Assembly (NCBI RefSeq): GCF_023055435.1
Contig: NW_025964361.1
Location: forward strand, 25,482,001-25,546,000
Length of the DNA stretch: 64,000 nt
Direction of reading: 5' to 3'
From: Haliotis rufescens
Lineage: Eukaryota
In this document: piece after piece, positions 11,685 to 24,748 of the stretch
Layout of the letters: each line of letters opens with the position of its first letter
How positions within the stretch are numbered: position 1 is the stretch's first letter
Notes under the pieces: generated by a model
What the model was told of the DNA's origin: nothing
Seen by the model: only the letters and a program-made list of their open reading frames with translations
Databases searched by the model: none
Made by a program: the position numbers and the translations under genes

Positions 11685-12169
11685 CAACTCATATTGCCTT
11701 ATAGACCTAATTCAGGTGGGTACGTATGAACAGCCATTTTGCAAATTCCAAAATAAACACAAACGACAACGTTTGTTCAGGAAGACTTATTGCTCTTTAG
11801 CCAATTATATAGGTAACCAATTGTGTCTAGTGAACTGCGATTACCACTGGTAATTTTTCATACCTTAGACAGGATAAGAAGTATGACGATGACATAATAA
11901 TACACCAACCGTGCAGTCAAGTAAAATATTTGGTAGAGAGAAAACATGCTTGTTTAAGAAATTAAGAGTCCAACCCAGTTCATACGATCACGAAATGAAG
12001 GACAGTATTCTCAGTTGTGTTCAGGTTGTTTAGTATAAATCCATCTTTCTTTTAAAAATACAACAATTAGTGACACCTTTCAAGCGGTTTTATAGCTGAA
12101 ATCTATCAAACATTATCTTCCATATTCACATGTTTGCTTCATCGCTGTGTGTGTTGGGTAGGACAGATC

Positions 12170-12343
12170 CTATACATAGTCACCAAAGAAGGTACCACGT
12201 TTCTGGTTTGCACGTGCAAATGCCTTGGCAATGTCCATGAGGTAGATGTCCTCAGTATTGTCTTTGTGAATGTGCAACAGCATGATGCTGTTGAGACGTT
12301 GCTGGATCATTGTACTTCTAATGCCTGTTTTCAAACGTTTGAG
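12170..12343 (-). pseudogene. hAT transposase C-terminal dimerisation-domain fragment (ZMYM1-like)
   Basis: Hand translation: LKRLKTGIRSTMIQQRLNSIMLLHIHKDNTEDIYLMDIAKAFARANQKRGTFFGDYV*. Confidence 0.75.
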
Positions 12344-12986
12344 AGTTTTTTTGACATGATCCCTGTCCCGTCACTGTGACAATGGCAAATATTTCGAAGT
12401 GGCATCGGAAGTAAAGCATGCTTTCATTTCTATTGAAATAGTGAAATACCGTTTTTAATTTTGTTTATCTATGAATTTTGCATCTGTACGACACGAAACC
12501 AAGTTAATCAAAGCCATTGAAAAATACATTTGGAGTTGACTACACATTTGATCAGTTTAAACATTTAATTGTTTTTTTTTTCTAATTTATGCATGTAACT
12601 TTGTTTAAAGGGCAAGGAAACAAAACACAGCAACTTTGCAGATGTTAATACTTTAGGGCATACTTAATCATAAATGCTCTACCAAAATTAAATTTGAAAA
12701 ACGACAGCAAATGATTAAAACATCGTCGCCCAAACGAAAGCATCCACCACTGGGGTTAAAACGGGTTCCCGGTGTTTGTCACGCTGCTCAATTTCAACGA
12801 TCGGTCGGCGCCAAGTCTGCCCGCTTCCACCCAGGATAATTTATTTAAATTTAAACGACAATGCCCTGGCATCTGTTTTGGTGTAATTTCTAACGTCGAG
12901 GTTGAGCTGCCAGGTCTCTAAGCCCTAATTCCCCGAGCCCTAAGTCGCCTGGTAACTGCCTTTTGCCCTAAGGCATCGTCGTGATA

Positions 12987-13233
12987 ACGTCACTGTCAGG
13001 AATCTATTTCGGTGATACAAAGTACGCAAGTACCGGTCTTCATTGGGCGTAGTTACCCTGGGCATGCCTGTTCTTGGCCTGTCTGACGTCTGCCCGGTCT
13101 ATCTGTAACGTTTCATCAGATAAGTGACAGCAACACGGGAGCAGGTCAAAGTTCAAGCAATGTGGGCGTGGGTGGCTCCCATCTGTATCATACCCAGGGC
13201 CCGCTCGCGTTGTTCGGGTGACAGTCGTAGTAT
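12987..13233 (-). pseudogene. Tc1-like transposase N-terminal (HTH/GRPR) remnant
   Basis: ILRLSPEQRERALGMIQMG...RYR*TGQTSDRPRTGMPRVTTPNEDRYLRTLYHRNRFLT with two stops; possible TIRs at 10357-10379 and 13503-13525. Confidence 0.8.
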
Positions 13234-13718
13234 TTCTGTGGCCTTTTTTCTATCAGTGTGAGTATCTGACATGCCGTCCGTATCATGATATGCCTTTATT
13301 GCACATGAAGTTTCGTCTGCCCACACGGCACGTGTTTCACTTTTCTGTTTTCTTTCGCATTTTCTACACACACAAAAAACGTACCGTGGATGTGTATCAC
13401 ATTTTGCATAAAGAATTGATGTGTTTGGACGATGTGTTTTACATTGATTTAGTTAGAACTTGTGTTTTTAATTTTTTTGCAGTTTCATTTATAAAGTGGT
13501 AAAGTTTCTTTTGGCTGTCAGTTTATATTTTACCTGATATGCTCAATTCTGTACTTTACGGGATTTTACATCGTTGTATAGACATTCATAGCAGCCACGG
13601 AGGATACGGTTATAAGTTAAAAAACAATTTGCTCCAATATATAATAATATACATTCATTTATATTGTAATGGGCAGCGACCTAGCTCTGCATAAACCATT
13701 GGATTATATGTAGATTTA

Positions 13719-13870
13719 GGGGCGGTCGGGTAGCCTAGTGGTTAAAGCGTTCGCTCGTTACGCCGAAGACCCGGGTTCAAATCCCGACATGGGTACAATG
13801 TGTGAAGCCCATTGCTGGTGTCGCCCGCCGTGATATTGCTGGAATATTGCTTAAAGCGGCGTCACTCAGT
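13719..13870 (+). mobile_element. tRNA-derived SINE family B
   Basis: A box tagcctagtgg, B box ggttcaaatcc; TSD atgtagatttag. Confidence 0.85.
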
Positions 13871-15725
13871 CAAATGTAGATTTAGTGACACTTAAAAATC
13901 GATTAAAGAAATCAAGATGTAATCGCTTTCCATTATCTGTTCTGCGGTAGCCCCAGTTAGCTGAAGCGTAACATAAGACACTAGCAGTGTAACTATCGAA
14001 CAATGACAGTAGAGTCTTGATATTGAGACTTGGTAGTATTGCATGTATATAAAGCTATAAAGCAAATGTTGCCTTCCAGCCTTGAAACTACTTTTCATCA
14101 ATAGTAAACTGCTAGTATGCTCTGCTATCAACGACTCCAATCTAGGCCCTCCAACCTTTGTTTCAACATAGAACAACTTCTCGCCCACTTTGGTTGTTTT
14201 TCGGGGGTTTACTTCCAAGACCCATGATTTTGAATATGAATATATCAATGAATAAATGAAAATTGCAATATAACATCACTAGATATGATTATTTACCATT
14301 TCAATTATATTTCCTGTTCTGCTAGGCATTGTTTTCTATCAGAGACCATATACCGATATATCGCTTTATCGTCTCTACTTTAACGAGAGCTACAGCTGAC
14401 CGATTTCCCCTTTTGATAGGGTGAGTGAATATAATTTTAAGGCCCAAACACATTTACACACTATACCCATGTGAAACACGAATACGGGTCATGGGTGTGG
14501 CGGACTAACGTTTTAACTGCAACGGGCTCCATATATACACCACTCTGTATTGTGTTAAAAAAACACAGCCTCTATATGTAGAAACGCCACTAAACACAAA
14601 TGAAGTTTATTACCAGCAATTTACTCACCAAGTACACTCACCACATACTGGGAATTCACACCGAACGGTAATTCGTTGTGGCGAGCAGGTGCACACAGGA
14701 GGAAATATACATGCTAACGACATCAATTAGCGCCGGCGGGCCACCGTCACACGTGGGCAGAACGGTAATAGCTTATGTGCGTTGCATGTAAATTGCACGG
14801 GTGTCGATCTTAATCATGTCAATCAACGATTTGTTTACTGGAGAATGCAGTAGGTTGGTAGATGAGTGATGGATGGGACATCGATCAGGGAGAATTCACA
14901 CCAATACACATGTACAGATGGTATATTTGTGCGGTGCACATTTCCAAAAGGATTTTGAAATGTATAAGAAAACATATGTTTCTAAAATACACTTTCGTGT
15001 GTGTTAGTTTAAATAATGTTATTTTAAGGGCGCAGAAGCAACATATCGACCCGAACAAGTTATGAAACTAACGCCGTTTTAAACAGGTGTATATTTCAGT
15101 AATATCATGGCGTGTCAGGTTATAGACTAACATTTAGTCTCTGAAATCTTATATTACACAATATCCTTCTTGACTCTAAAAAAAATCCCTATGCTGATTT
15201 CAGAGACTGTGGAATAGAGCTAGCTTGAGCTAGCTAGACTTGCTTTTGCATGCATTTCTAGATTATGTTTTTTTCATAAAATAAATATATTCCACGGTCA
15301 TGGTGCAGGACTAGTCAGGTTAGCATGGGTCGTGTAACCCAGACGGCACAGGTATGGTGCTGATAAACCACGGATCTGGGATTCGAACGAACGACTGCAG
15401 CTTCTGTGATACCCGTAATCTCATTTTTCAAATTCAGTGTTTGTATTTTCAAAATTAAATGAAACAACGAATTAAAGTGGAGAGGTGTTAATTAGGATAG
15501 ACTATTTGTGTTAACATGTGTAACCAATGAATAGACAGATTCAGTTGTATATTTTCATCTGCTGAGTGCTATTTATGTAACTGATACAAATCAAACTGAG
15601 ACATGGGAATAAGTTTAAACTTTACAAAAATGTAAGAATCGTGTCCTCTGCAAGTCCCAGATGGCTGACATTTTTTATGCGATCATTTCACGGTCATAAT
15701 GCTGTGTTGTGAATTAAGTGAGTGA

Positions 15726-15960
15726 ATGTGAAGATGCGGGTTAGAAATCATCTTCAGCAACCCATGCTTGTATGAGGCGACTAACGGGATGGGGTGGTCA
15801 GGCTTACTGACTTTGTTGATGTATGTCGTATCCCAATTGCGTGGATCGATACTCACGATGTCAATCACTGGATTGTCTGGTCCAGACTCGATTATTTACA
15901 GACCGCCATCATGTAGCTGTAATATTGCTGAGCGGGGCGTTAAACAACAAACAAACAAAC
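15726..15960 (+). mobile_element. SINE-like family A
   Basis: Colinear with the consensus. Confidence 0.85.
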
Positions 15961-16189
15961 AATAACGTCTTTTGGTATGACGCGGCCGTGGATTATTTTT
16001 CTGCTAGGCGATACATATATCGGTTTCTCGTTTTCTGAGAAAATATTTGTTTATAATTACAAATACAGCTCAGTCAATCCATTGTTGTACCGAACTGTCA
16101 TAAAACCGTCTGTGACGTCATGCAAATGAAGGACACTCAGGGAAATGTGCTTTGATATGTCATGTTGCAATGGACCCCTTCGCAAGCAT

Positions 16190-16480
16190 GGTGAGGTAAG
16201 GTGAAATGGGGTTTAACGTCGCGTCCAAGTTTATTGCACTTATATATATAGCGACGTAAATGCACGTGATTGTGTGTGGGGCTGCTTGTACTAGTCCGGA
16301 CTGATGCCGATTTATAGTGCTAGCTCACTAAGATACCATGCCGCAGTTTAACATGAATACCCCACTCAGACACAGTATACTCCCATTTTTAACGTTTTTT
16401 GGTATGACGCGGTCGGTGATCGAACCCCGGGCCTTCCGCTCTCCGGGCTGACGCCCTACCACGAGACCACGGAGGCGGGC
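16190..16480 (-). mobile_element. tRNA-derived SINE family D (Meta-domain-like middle)
   Basis: Head tggtctcgtggtagggcg...ggttcgatcac, followed by gtcataccaaa...aaatgg; related pieces at ~60550-60778 and ~45001-45042. Confidence 0.65.
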
Positions 16481-17088
16481 CCGCAAGCATGGAAACAATG
16501 GGATTATTGACATGAACTAGACAATTAGCATGAAAGAAAACTGATCACGTCCAGCGATAGTGAAAATAATTACACCCGCATCCGTTCATCTACGTTTCTA
16601 ATCTGGTTCCCGGCCCCCTATGTGCGCTGTCAGCTACGTTGTTATAGATGAAGAGACGGAACCCAGCTTCAACAGTATCGCGACTGCATACCGTTTGTTG
16701 TACATCGAAATTACTTGTCATAATTATCTGCTCGAAATTTGAGAAAATAAATGACAGATGGATGTCACACGATATAATTCCACAATATTATATTAAAGGA
16801 GAATGTTCTGTACTCCGTATTGATTCTATGATTATATGTAGCGTGATTTCCGTGACTAATACGAGGTCATGTATTGAGACATTTCACTCAGATCGTGTGA
16901 TGACACACCGTTCTTCGGAAGTCATTGATACATACAACGGCGAAACCAAAAAACCAGGTCTATACTTGATCACAATACGAAATCATATGAGGTCATCTTA
17001 CTGTGTTTGCAATGTATTAAGTAGCGTGCCAATTCAGTAATTTCCGCATTGGAAACTCGAGACGTTCAATGTATCAGTGATAGATGGC

Positions 17089-17286
17089 NNNNNNNNNNNN
17101 NNNNNNNNNNNNNNNNNNNNNNNNNNNNNNNNNNNNNNNNNNNNNNNNNNNNNNNNNNNNNNNNNNNNNNNNNNNNNNNNNNNNNNNNNNNNNNNNNNNN
17201 NNNNNNNNNNNNNNNNNNNNNNNNNNNNNNNNNNNNNNNNNNNNNNNNNNNNNNNNNNNNNNNNNNNNNNNNNNNNNNNNNNNNNN
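17089..17286. other. Assembly gap (N run)
   Basis: N characters. Confidence 1.
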
Positions 17287-18161
17287 CACTTTAGAAACGG
17301 AACGAAGCCAAAAACGTAATAACTTGTGAAGGCAGTAAAATTATCTGAAATTTTGAGAATCTGAGATGGTTTTATTCTTTTATGTTCGACCTTGTAATGA
17401 GGGTTATGATCACTTTCCTTTCCTAATCCCATAAGTGAAAGAATGTTACTTTACAATTACGTCACAGTCAACAATTAATAGTCTTGACCAGACAAACCGT
17501 TGATCCACGCGTCGGGGACCGAAGACATTGTGCCCACCCGATCCTCAATAGCTGATGCGGCAGGGTACTGGGAATAATTCTGCCTCTGAATCTCCACGGG
17601 GGTATAAATCTAAAGTTATCAGAAATAATCTCTCTCCAAGATGCAGGGGCTACATTAATATATACTTGAGTATACCTACATTCCACATATATATTTGCAG
17701 ACAACACAGGCGATACTTATTTTCAGCAGGAGTAAACCATTCTGAAATCAATCATATGATCAATCATCGATCAGTAACACCAGCAGAGAGAAATATTAAT
17801 TTTGACTGTCTCGAAAACAACTAATCTTGTTGATCTGAAATGTAAACAACGAATTCGTTGTTGATATAGTTGCATGCTATTCAGCATCGCCAAGTTGTGA
17901 CGCGTGGATTTCTTCCGGGTATGTTGCAGTTGTATATATACTGTCTGTAGTCACGCTTGTTCATTGTCAGAGTATAAAAATAGATGTAAGTCATGCGTGA
18001 TCACACGATCAAATCCCATCAAATGTTGTACAATCTGTGTCAAATAAAGTATAAATATACATGTAGATATAGTTACGTCTTTCTTTGGTTCAGAGTTATT
18101 TTATATCAATATGAATCTCTAGGAAGTTCAAGGGATTCTGCAGATATATGTTTGCTCAGAT

Positions 18162-18193
18162 CAGAGACCATATAATAGATTTTATGGTCTCTG
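18162..18193. mobile_element. 32-bp micro-MITE (P-element-like ends), 7-bp TSD
   Basis: TIR cagagaccata / tatggtctctg with a 10-nt spacer; ctcagat on both sides. Confidence 0.6.
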
Positions 18194-18774
18194 CTCAGAT
18201 CTACCACGCTGTCGGTTAAATAGTTATGAAATCGGAGCAAATATCGTACTAATTATCTATTAACTATGCATATATCCTATACATGCAGTGTCGACAAGAT
18301 GTCAAACAATACAATCACGGTGTGGTTACTTGATATGCACCGACAAAAGTAGGCGTTGACACTTCCGATGGTTGAGACGTGGGCCTTGATAGGTGGAAGT
18401 GAAATTCATAAATGGGTGATTATTGAGTCAGTTGATTCACTGAGAATACATCTAAACTCTTTCGGGATACTACTGAGCTGTCATATTCACGGTCATACGG
18501 ACACATATGGATTTTGGAACGTGAATATGGAATGAGAGACTAGGATTTCATTTCATCTGAAATCGGGCACCTGCTCAGCGTGCTCTGACTAGTTGTTAGG
18601 GGAGTAGTGCGGTCAATCGGAAAAGGTCTCGTTTACGTTTCCCGAGTTGTCAGAAACTTCCTGCATTGATGTGAAAAGAACCGAACATGTTGATAATGTC
18701 AAACTTGTGTAACATTTATCAGAAGACTTCGTCGACATGATTTTCTGAACGGATTTTACAGTGCCTCGGATAAT

Positions 18775-18876
18775 ATGGGGCAAGCGAAAATGAACAAGAT
18801 AGGAAATGTAGTTTACTCAGGGTGGTTGATCAAGTCTCCCCCAGAGAGAAAAACAACTTGGAAAATCTTCCGAGCG
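18775..18876 (+). CDS. GAB: Gab/Daughter-of-sevenless family adaptor, first coding exon (PH-domain N-terminus)
   Basis: Translates to MGQAKMNKIGNVVYSGWLIKSPPERKTTWKIFRA, matching the Gab1/Dos signature (V)xxSGWLxKSPPEKK...; perfect donor GCG|GTAAGT (phase 0). No exon 2 was recognised in the window. Confidence 0.85.
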
Positions 18877-19723
18877 GTAAGTTGTTATGAGAAAATTTGA
18901 CATATCAAGTTATCAACCACCTTCTCACCTACCTTCTATTGATCAGAGCTTACTGAATGGGATGGAACTTCTTTCTTGTTTTCATTATGTTTATTATGCA
19001 TGGAGGGATTTCACTGAATGACCCATTTTATTGAGCAAATGCATGACCCGGGCAATCGTTTCCAAACTTGACCTACATTCCATTCATGAAGTCACGCACA
19101 GACAGACAGAAAGAATGGGTTCTGGAATTCTGACTTCCATACCAGCCTAAAAGAATTCAGTATGAAAAGTATGTCGTAATGAAGTTAGATATTATAATAC
19201 CCTTTGCACTTTATCTCAGTTCAACTATCTCATTGAAAGTCCTGTGTTACAAAGTCCAACAGTTGAGAGGTGATCATTCTTACCATTCTTCTGTATGAAA
19301 CTATGCTAACAATATTTTGTTGATTGACGTGTGGGCAACTTTTCATCTTGATTAAGGTTGAGGATATCAAAATTATCCTCTCATCCCATGCATGTTTGAC
19401 CTGTAATTTGTCAGTTATCCCCCAGATGTAAAGAATCACACACCTGTCAAATGTGAAAATCATATGAACTTGTAATAATTTCACATCTAAGCAGGAATTG
19501 GTCTGTTTTTAATAAATTCAACTTGCAGATCTTGAGCTTTAAATGCCACTTTGTAAACATGACCTAACACATTATAAGACAATCTTTTTGCTGACAATGA
19601 GGTGAAGTTTTAGTTATATTTGTAAATTTGAAATCCATATTATTGTGGTCTCTATATTATCACAGTATAGGAAAATCTTGTAATCAAAGCCCCCTGTCTG
19701 CTGTTGACTTATGCAAATCTAAA

Positions 19724-19879
19724 CAGGGGTAGAAACTAACAGTTATTGTCCACTAGTCCTTACAATGATAACATATAGAAAAACTCTTAAAATTGGCAAA
19801 TTTCTACTAGTCCTTATGATACCTTAACTATTGGACAGATTAGCAAGGACTATAGGACTAGTACCAATTTCTAACAATG
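19724..19879. mobile_element. 156-bp CAG..CTG-family MITE with 5-bp TSD (ctaaa); right end mutated to atg
   Basis: Family has five copies in the window; TSD read directly. Confidence 0.8.
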
Positions 19880-21130
19880 CTAAAGATGATGTTTCATCAC
19901 TTGATATAATACAGGTCTTGCTGCTGAATGTCACAGCTTCTTGTAAGTAAACATATTAGTTTGTTCATAATAGCGGGTTTCTGGAATGTCTTTTTATGTG
20001 GCACTACCCCAAACGTTTTTTTGGATGATCTCTGTTGACCCAAACCTAGGTTGTATGTATACCTTGCTACAAGAAGTATTCTTTCAAACTCTATTTTTGT
20101 AAGCAATTTATTTTTTTACTATACTTAGATTCAAAATTGTACTTTTGTCTCTGATCTGCCTCACACATCTGGTTCATCATATCGATTGAAGGAAATATGT
20201 TATAATATGATTATTTGATGTTCTCCTTGTCTTTGCCAGTCATGGTAAGTCTGTTGTGTATACATATAGAGGAACTGTCATGACTTTCTCTGTGGTCTGT
20301 TGCCAGAGTAGGTCTAGACACTTCAGTGCCCAGTGAGAGACATGGTATCTGTAGAATTAGAGTCATCAGCATCTGCCAGACTGATAAACCGAATAGATTT
20401 GAGTTAATTACCTGACATACAAAGTGGTATTTGTGTTCGAGTAAAATTGAAACTCTGAATGTAAAGTCACAGACCTATTTTCTTTTGAAGGTTTATTTAG
20501 TCCTTTTCAGTTTTTAATGGAATATCTCTCTGGAATCACTGAGAAGGTAGACTGCGCTACAGTTATTGTTTGGAATACATTTCTCATGACCTGTCTGCAC
20601 CTAAAATTTCCCAGGTTCTAATATTTAAAAACAACTTGTCAGAAATGACATTTTGTGCTCTCAGTTTCATTGTCACAGGGGATTCTGATTTATCTGAAAT
20701 TTTGAACACTAGTATGATACAACGTTATCTTTAGCCTACATTCCTGGCTAGAGTAGATTTGATGGACGGGAGGATGCCATTCTCACAAGTAATGAGGTGA
20801 CACATATCAAACATGTCAAACATGTGTAGGCATGAGACATGTTATGTACACCCAGTCACTGCTTTGATCGACTCATTGACTGGTCAGAGCTAGAAGCCAA
20901 CAACAAAAAATAATGATTGAAATTAATTTTATATGCCTGTCCATTCTTTTTTATGAATTAGAAAAACAGTACGACTGCAAAACGCAAACAAAATGCAACT
21001 CTTGTCTGGATTAATAACAGTTGAAATGTAGTCACATACCATGCTAGGCTCTCAACCAGTTAAGAACTCATTTTGTCATTTTGCCTGTGATCGCATATTT
21101 ATCATGTTTATCAACCAGTTTAAATTTTTT

Positions 21131-21297
21131 GAGTGAGTGAGTATTTTTTTACGCCGCTTTAAGCAATATTTCAGCAATATCACAGTGGGGGGGACACCAG
21201 AAATGGGCTTCACACATTGTACCCATGTCGGGAATTGAACCCGGGTCTTTGGCGTGACGAGCTAACGCTGAAACCACTAGGCTACCCAACTGCCCCT
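21131..21297 (-). mobile_element. tRNA-derived SINE family B
   Basis: Reverse complement of the 13719 copy, with (ACTC)n tail. Confidence 0.85.
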
Positions 21298-21630
21298 AAT
21301 TCTTAGAGACCAGCCTCATAGCGCTTGTGTTGAATATTTTGTATGATTGCCAATATTATTTCTCATGTTAGATTGAGTAGTTCCCTTTCCAAGAAGAAAT
21401 ATGACCCAAACTCTACATCTGTAGTGACTAATAAATCCTGACAAACATGGTGTTATACTCTGCAAATTGAATTGATACAGAAGATATTAATACCCTGTAA
21501 CTGTAATTACGTTGCTGAGATGTAGCCTTTACATCTGTGGTTCATACAGTTTAAGTCTGAAATGGTTATTTAAACATGATTAATGAAATAACTATGCATC
21601 ATGTTCATAGTTCATTATTCCTTAAGAATT

Positions 21631-21912
21631 GTGAGCGAGTGAGTTGTGTTTAACACCGCTTTTAACAGTATTCCATCCAGTTATATCACAGCGTGTCAGC
21701 TTAATGTTGGAGGAAAGCCAGAAGTGATGCAGGTCTTTGACGTTTACCACTTTGGTGAAACCCACGAGCACGGGTATGGTGCTGACCAACCTAAAAACAT
21801 AATCGGGGCGAACCGGGATTCAAATCCACAATCATAGGTTTCTGGCGTGCCCAGGGGACGCAACTCTGCACAGAGAATTGCAGCACCTTAGACGACTGGG
21901 CCACCCATCCCC
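21631..21912 (-). mobile_element. SINE family C with tRNA(Leu)-like head
   Basis: Head gggtggcccagtcgtctaaggtgctg...atttgaatccc (A and B boxes); (ACTC)n tail; TSD ccttaagaa. Confidence 0.8.
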
Positions 21913-22499
21913 CCCTTAAGAAGACACAACAATAGGTAACTAATGGTATTTTCCAACTCATTTAATATGGGAGATGATTGTGAAGCATTCATGCATCATA
22001 TTTGATTCCAGATGACAGTGAATGGAGAGTATACATCACTGAGCCTTAGGCGACACTATTTTTGTTTCTGTTGACAAATTCAACCAACTGGAGCTTAAGG
22101 GCACAATGTACAAAAATAAAACTAGTATAAATATATTTTATTTACCCCACAGCTTTATCGAAGGATTAAAAAACTAATTAGATCAGATTATTAACTGTGG
22201 TAAATATAGTAACTGTCAACATTTAAATAATATTTGACGAAATGCACCTGATACACATAACAGGCGTTGTCTGACAGAGAACGATACACGTTTTTAATTC
22301 TGAAAATAGCAATACCCTACACTTTAAACAAAATTAGCGTTTTTTGTTCCCTAATAAACCATCCCCCCAAAACAAGTTTATTACAAGTAAAATGAAAAAA
22401 TAATGAGCCTCACAAATTAATTTTGATTTCAACCAACCCAAGTTGTTTGGATTAAGTCTGTTAACCATTACATAAGACTGTGTGGCCTAAATTAGTAAA

Positions 22500-22655
22500 C
22501 AGGGTTAGAAATTGGCACTAGTCCTATAGTCCTTGCCAAACTGCCCAATAGTAAAGGTATCCCAAGGACTAGTAGAATTTTGCCATTTTTAAAGGTTTTG
22601 CTATATGCTATCATTATAAGGACTAGTGGACTGAAACTGTTAGTTTCTACCGCTG
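22500..22655. mobile_element. 156-bp MITE, 5-bp TSD gtaaa
   Basis: cagggttagaaa...tttctaccgctg. Confidence 0.85.
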
Positions 22656-23363
22656 GTAAATGTAGGGTGCCAGTATAATTGCATGTAAGTGGGAGTGTAA
22701 GTTGTCACAGCTTTGTCACAAGTGTTGGACATTGCCCAGTTGTGTGTGCTTGTATGATAGTCTGACGTACGTCGCCATAATGTTCCATGGATTGATGAGG
22801 TCTTTAGAAAAGATAACAAGTATTTTTAGCTGAAACCTTCCATGACCCATGGAACCCCGTTGGTTACTGACATTGTATATATTATTTGTTGATAGTATGA
22901 ACTATCTATGTATTAAGACTTAAGGGTAAACATTCTTCAGGACAAGTTTAAAACGACTATGTGAATTTCATGATTTTGGTTTCTCTTGGTAACTCTTATT
23001 TGTAAGTATTCCTTTGACTGACATTGAGTCTCTGAAATGATGGTGTCTATACAGTCATACAAATAGTGTCCTATATTGTCATGCAGCAGGAGCATCGTCA
23101 GCTTAATTTAAAGTTACAATAGCAAGTCACTATTCAAGTACACCAGTTGCTGTCTTCTAGCTCCGTAACAGCATGACATAGCCCATTATCCCTCTCATAT
23201 GTTGAGTACCTGTACTTTTTAAAATGTCCGGTAAGCAATATTTTAAAACGGACATTTGAGATTCCCAATCGGACATGTCCGGCGCATATGACGGTTTCCG
23301 GACCCCTGACCTGTAGTATATGATAGAAGGGAACTGAGGGAATCAGAAGTTTTCCTGAAACTG

Positions 23364-23596
23364 TTGGTTTGTTGTTTTACGCCGCACTCAGCAATATTCC
23401 AGCTATATGTCGGCAGTCTGTAAATAATTGAGTCTGGACCAGACAATCCAGTGATTGACATCATGAATATCGATCCACGCAATTGTGGGACCGATGACAT
23501 GCATCAACCAAGTCAGCGAGCCTGACCAACCCACTCCTGTTAGTCGCCTTTTACGACAAGTATAGTCGCCTTTTACAGGTATTCTACCCCGGATCT
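23364..23596 (-). mobile_element. SINE-like family A
   Basis: TSD ttcctgaaactg. Confidence 0.85.
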
Positions 23597-23928
23597 TCCT
23601 GAAACTGAAGACATCTAGACTGGCCAAAGTATTGTGGATTCTCTTGTTAATTTCTAAGTGTTCTTGTTTGAGGTCTTTTTAAGTATCCCTATCAGAGTTT
23701 AGTGTTATATTTGACCTATTGAAACTATGAAGCTTATGTCCTGCAGTTTGCCCTGCGATGACCGCAGGTTCGAGATGACACAGCACAGGTCAGTGGGAGT
23801 TGTAGTCATCATGTTGATGTGTCTCCTGCTTCAGGCTGGAACATGGCTGCAGGCTATAGGTCACACAACTAACTATCAATATATGTCTTAACTGCTGAAG
23901 CTGTCATCTCTAAATTAGACACGGATAT

Positions 23929-24433
23929 CAGAGCTCCAGATAAGCTGCATATCTGCGTAAAATACACATCAGAAATGCAGAAATACGCAGTAAAATAAAA
24001 TCAGCGTATCAAAATACGCAATGAACATTACAGATAAGCTACAAAAATAAAACTTGTGCGTATCATCAAAATATTGTGAAGTAACCATGCGAATTAGATT
24101 AGCAAATCAGTAACTTGTTTTGAAATTATAAACGGGCATTCCGTCAACCTTGCCAAACTCCACGATGACAGTTACATCACGATCATTTGCCATCACACTT
24201 TCTTGTGGAAGTGTCGTGGTATTTTTGAGTCCCATAAAGCTCTCGAACCCACACGACACCAGTTTGCATAGACTAGATGAATAGTGTTTTTAAATATTTA
24301 ACTTATATACCCACATGTGTAAAAACTAGTGGGTAACAGAAATTGGAATACCCAGATAGAATTACAGATACCCAATGATTTTAAAATGCATGGGTAAAAT
24401 ACCCACAACACCAAAAGCTTATCTGGAGCTCTG
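23929..24433. mobile_element. 505-bp non-autonomous DNA transposon, 17-bp perfect TIR, 5-bp TSD gatat
   Basis: cagagctccagataagc / gcttatctggagctctg. Confidence 0.85.
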
Positions 24434-24592
24434 GATATTGATGGATATGACAACACAAGTATTGCTATGTCAGTTTTAGATTGCTTATGAGATAATATAT
24501 GATACTTGATATGTGTGTGGTGTATGTGTCTATATATGGGCTTGATAATATGCTGTTTGTGTTACAGTATACCTTGATAATAATATGTATGA

Positions 24593-24748
24593 CAGCGGTA
24601 GAAACTAACAGTTTCAGTCCACTAGTCCTTATAATGATAGCATATAGCAAAACCTTTAAAAATGGCAAAATTCTACTAGTCCTTAGGATACCTTTACTAT
24701 TGGGCAGTTTGGCAAGGACTATAGGACTAGTGCCAATTTCTAACCCTG
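24593..24748. mobile_element. 156-bp MITE, 5-bp TSD tatga
   Basis: Reverse complement of the 22500 copy. Confidence 0.85.

Noticed and set aside
13719-13795. tRNA gene
   Set aside because: The tRNA-like head continues into a SINE body, tail and TSD and is multi-copy; the same applies to families C and D.
11120-17432. ORFs containing X runs
   Set aside because: Artefacts of the N gaps.
17845-17862. 18-bp perfect palindrome aacaacgaattcgttgtt upstream of Gab
   Set aside because: Single occurrence with no supporting context; function cannot be supported.
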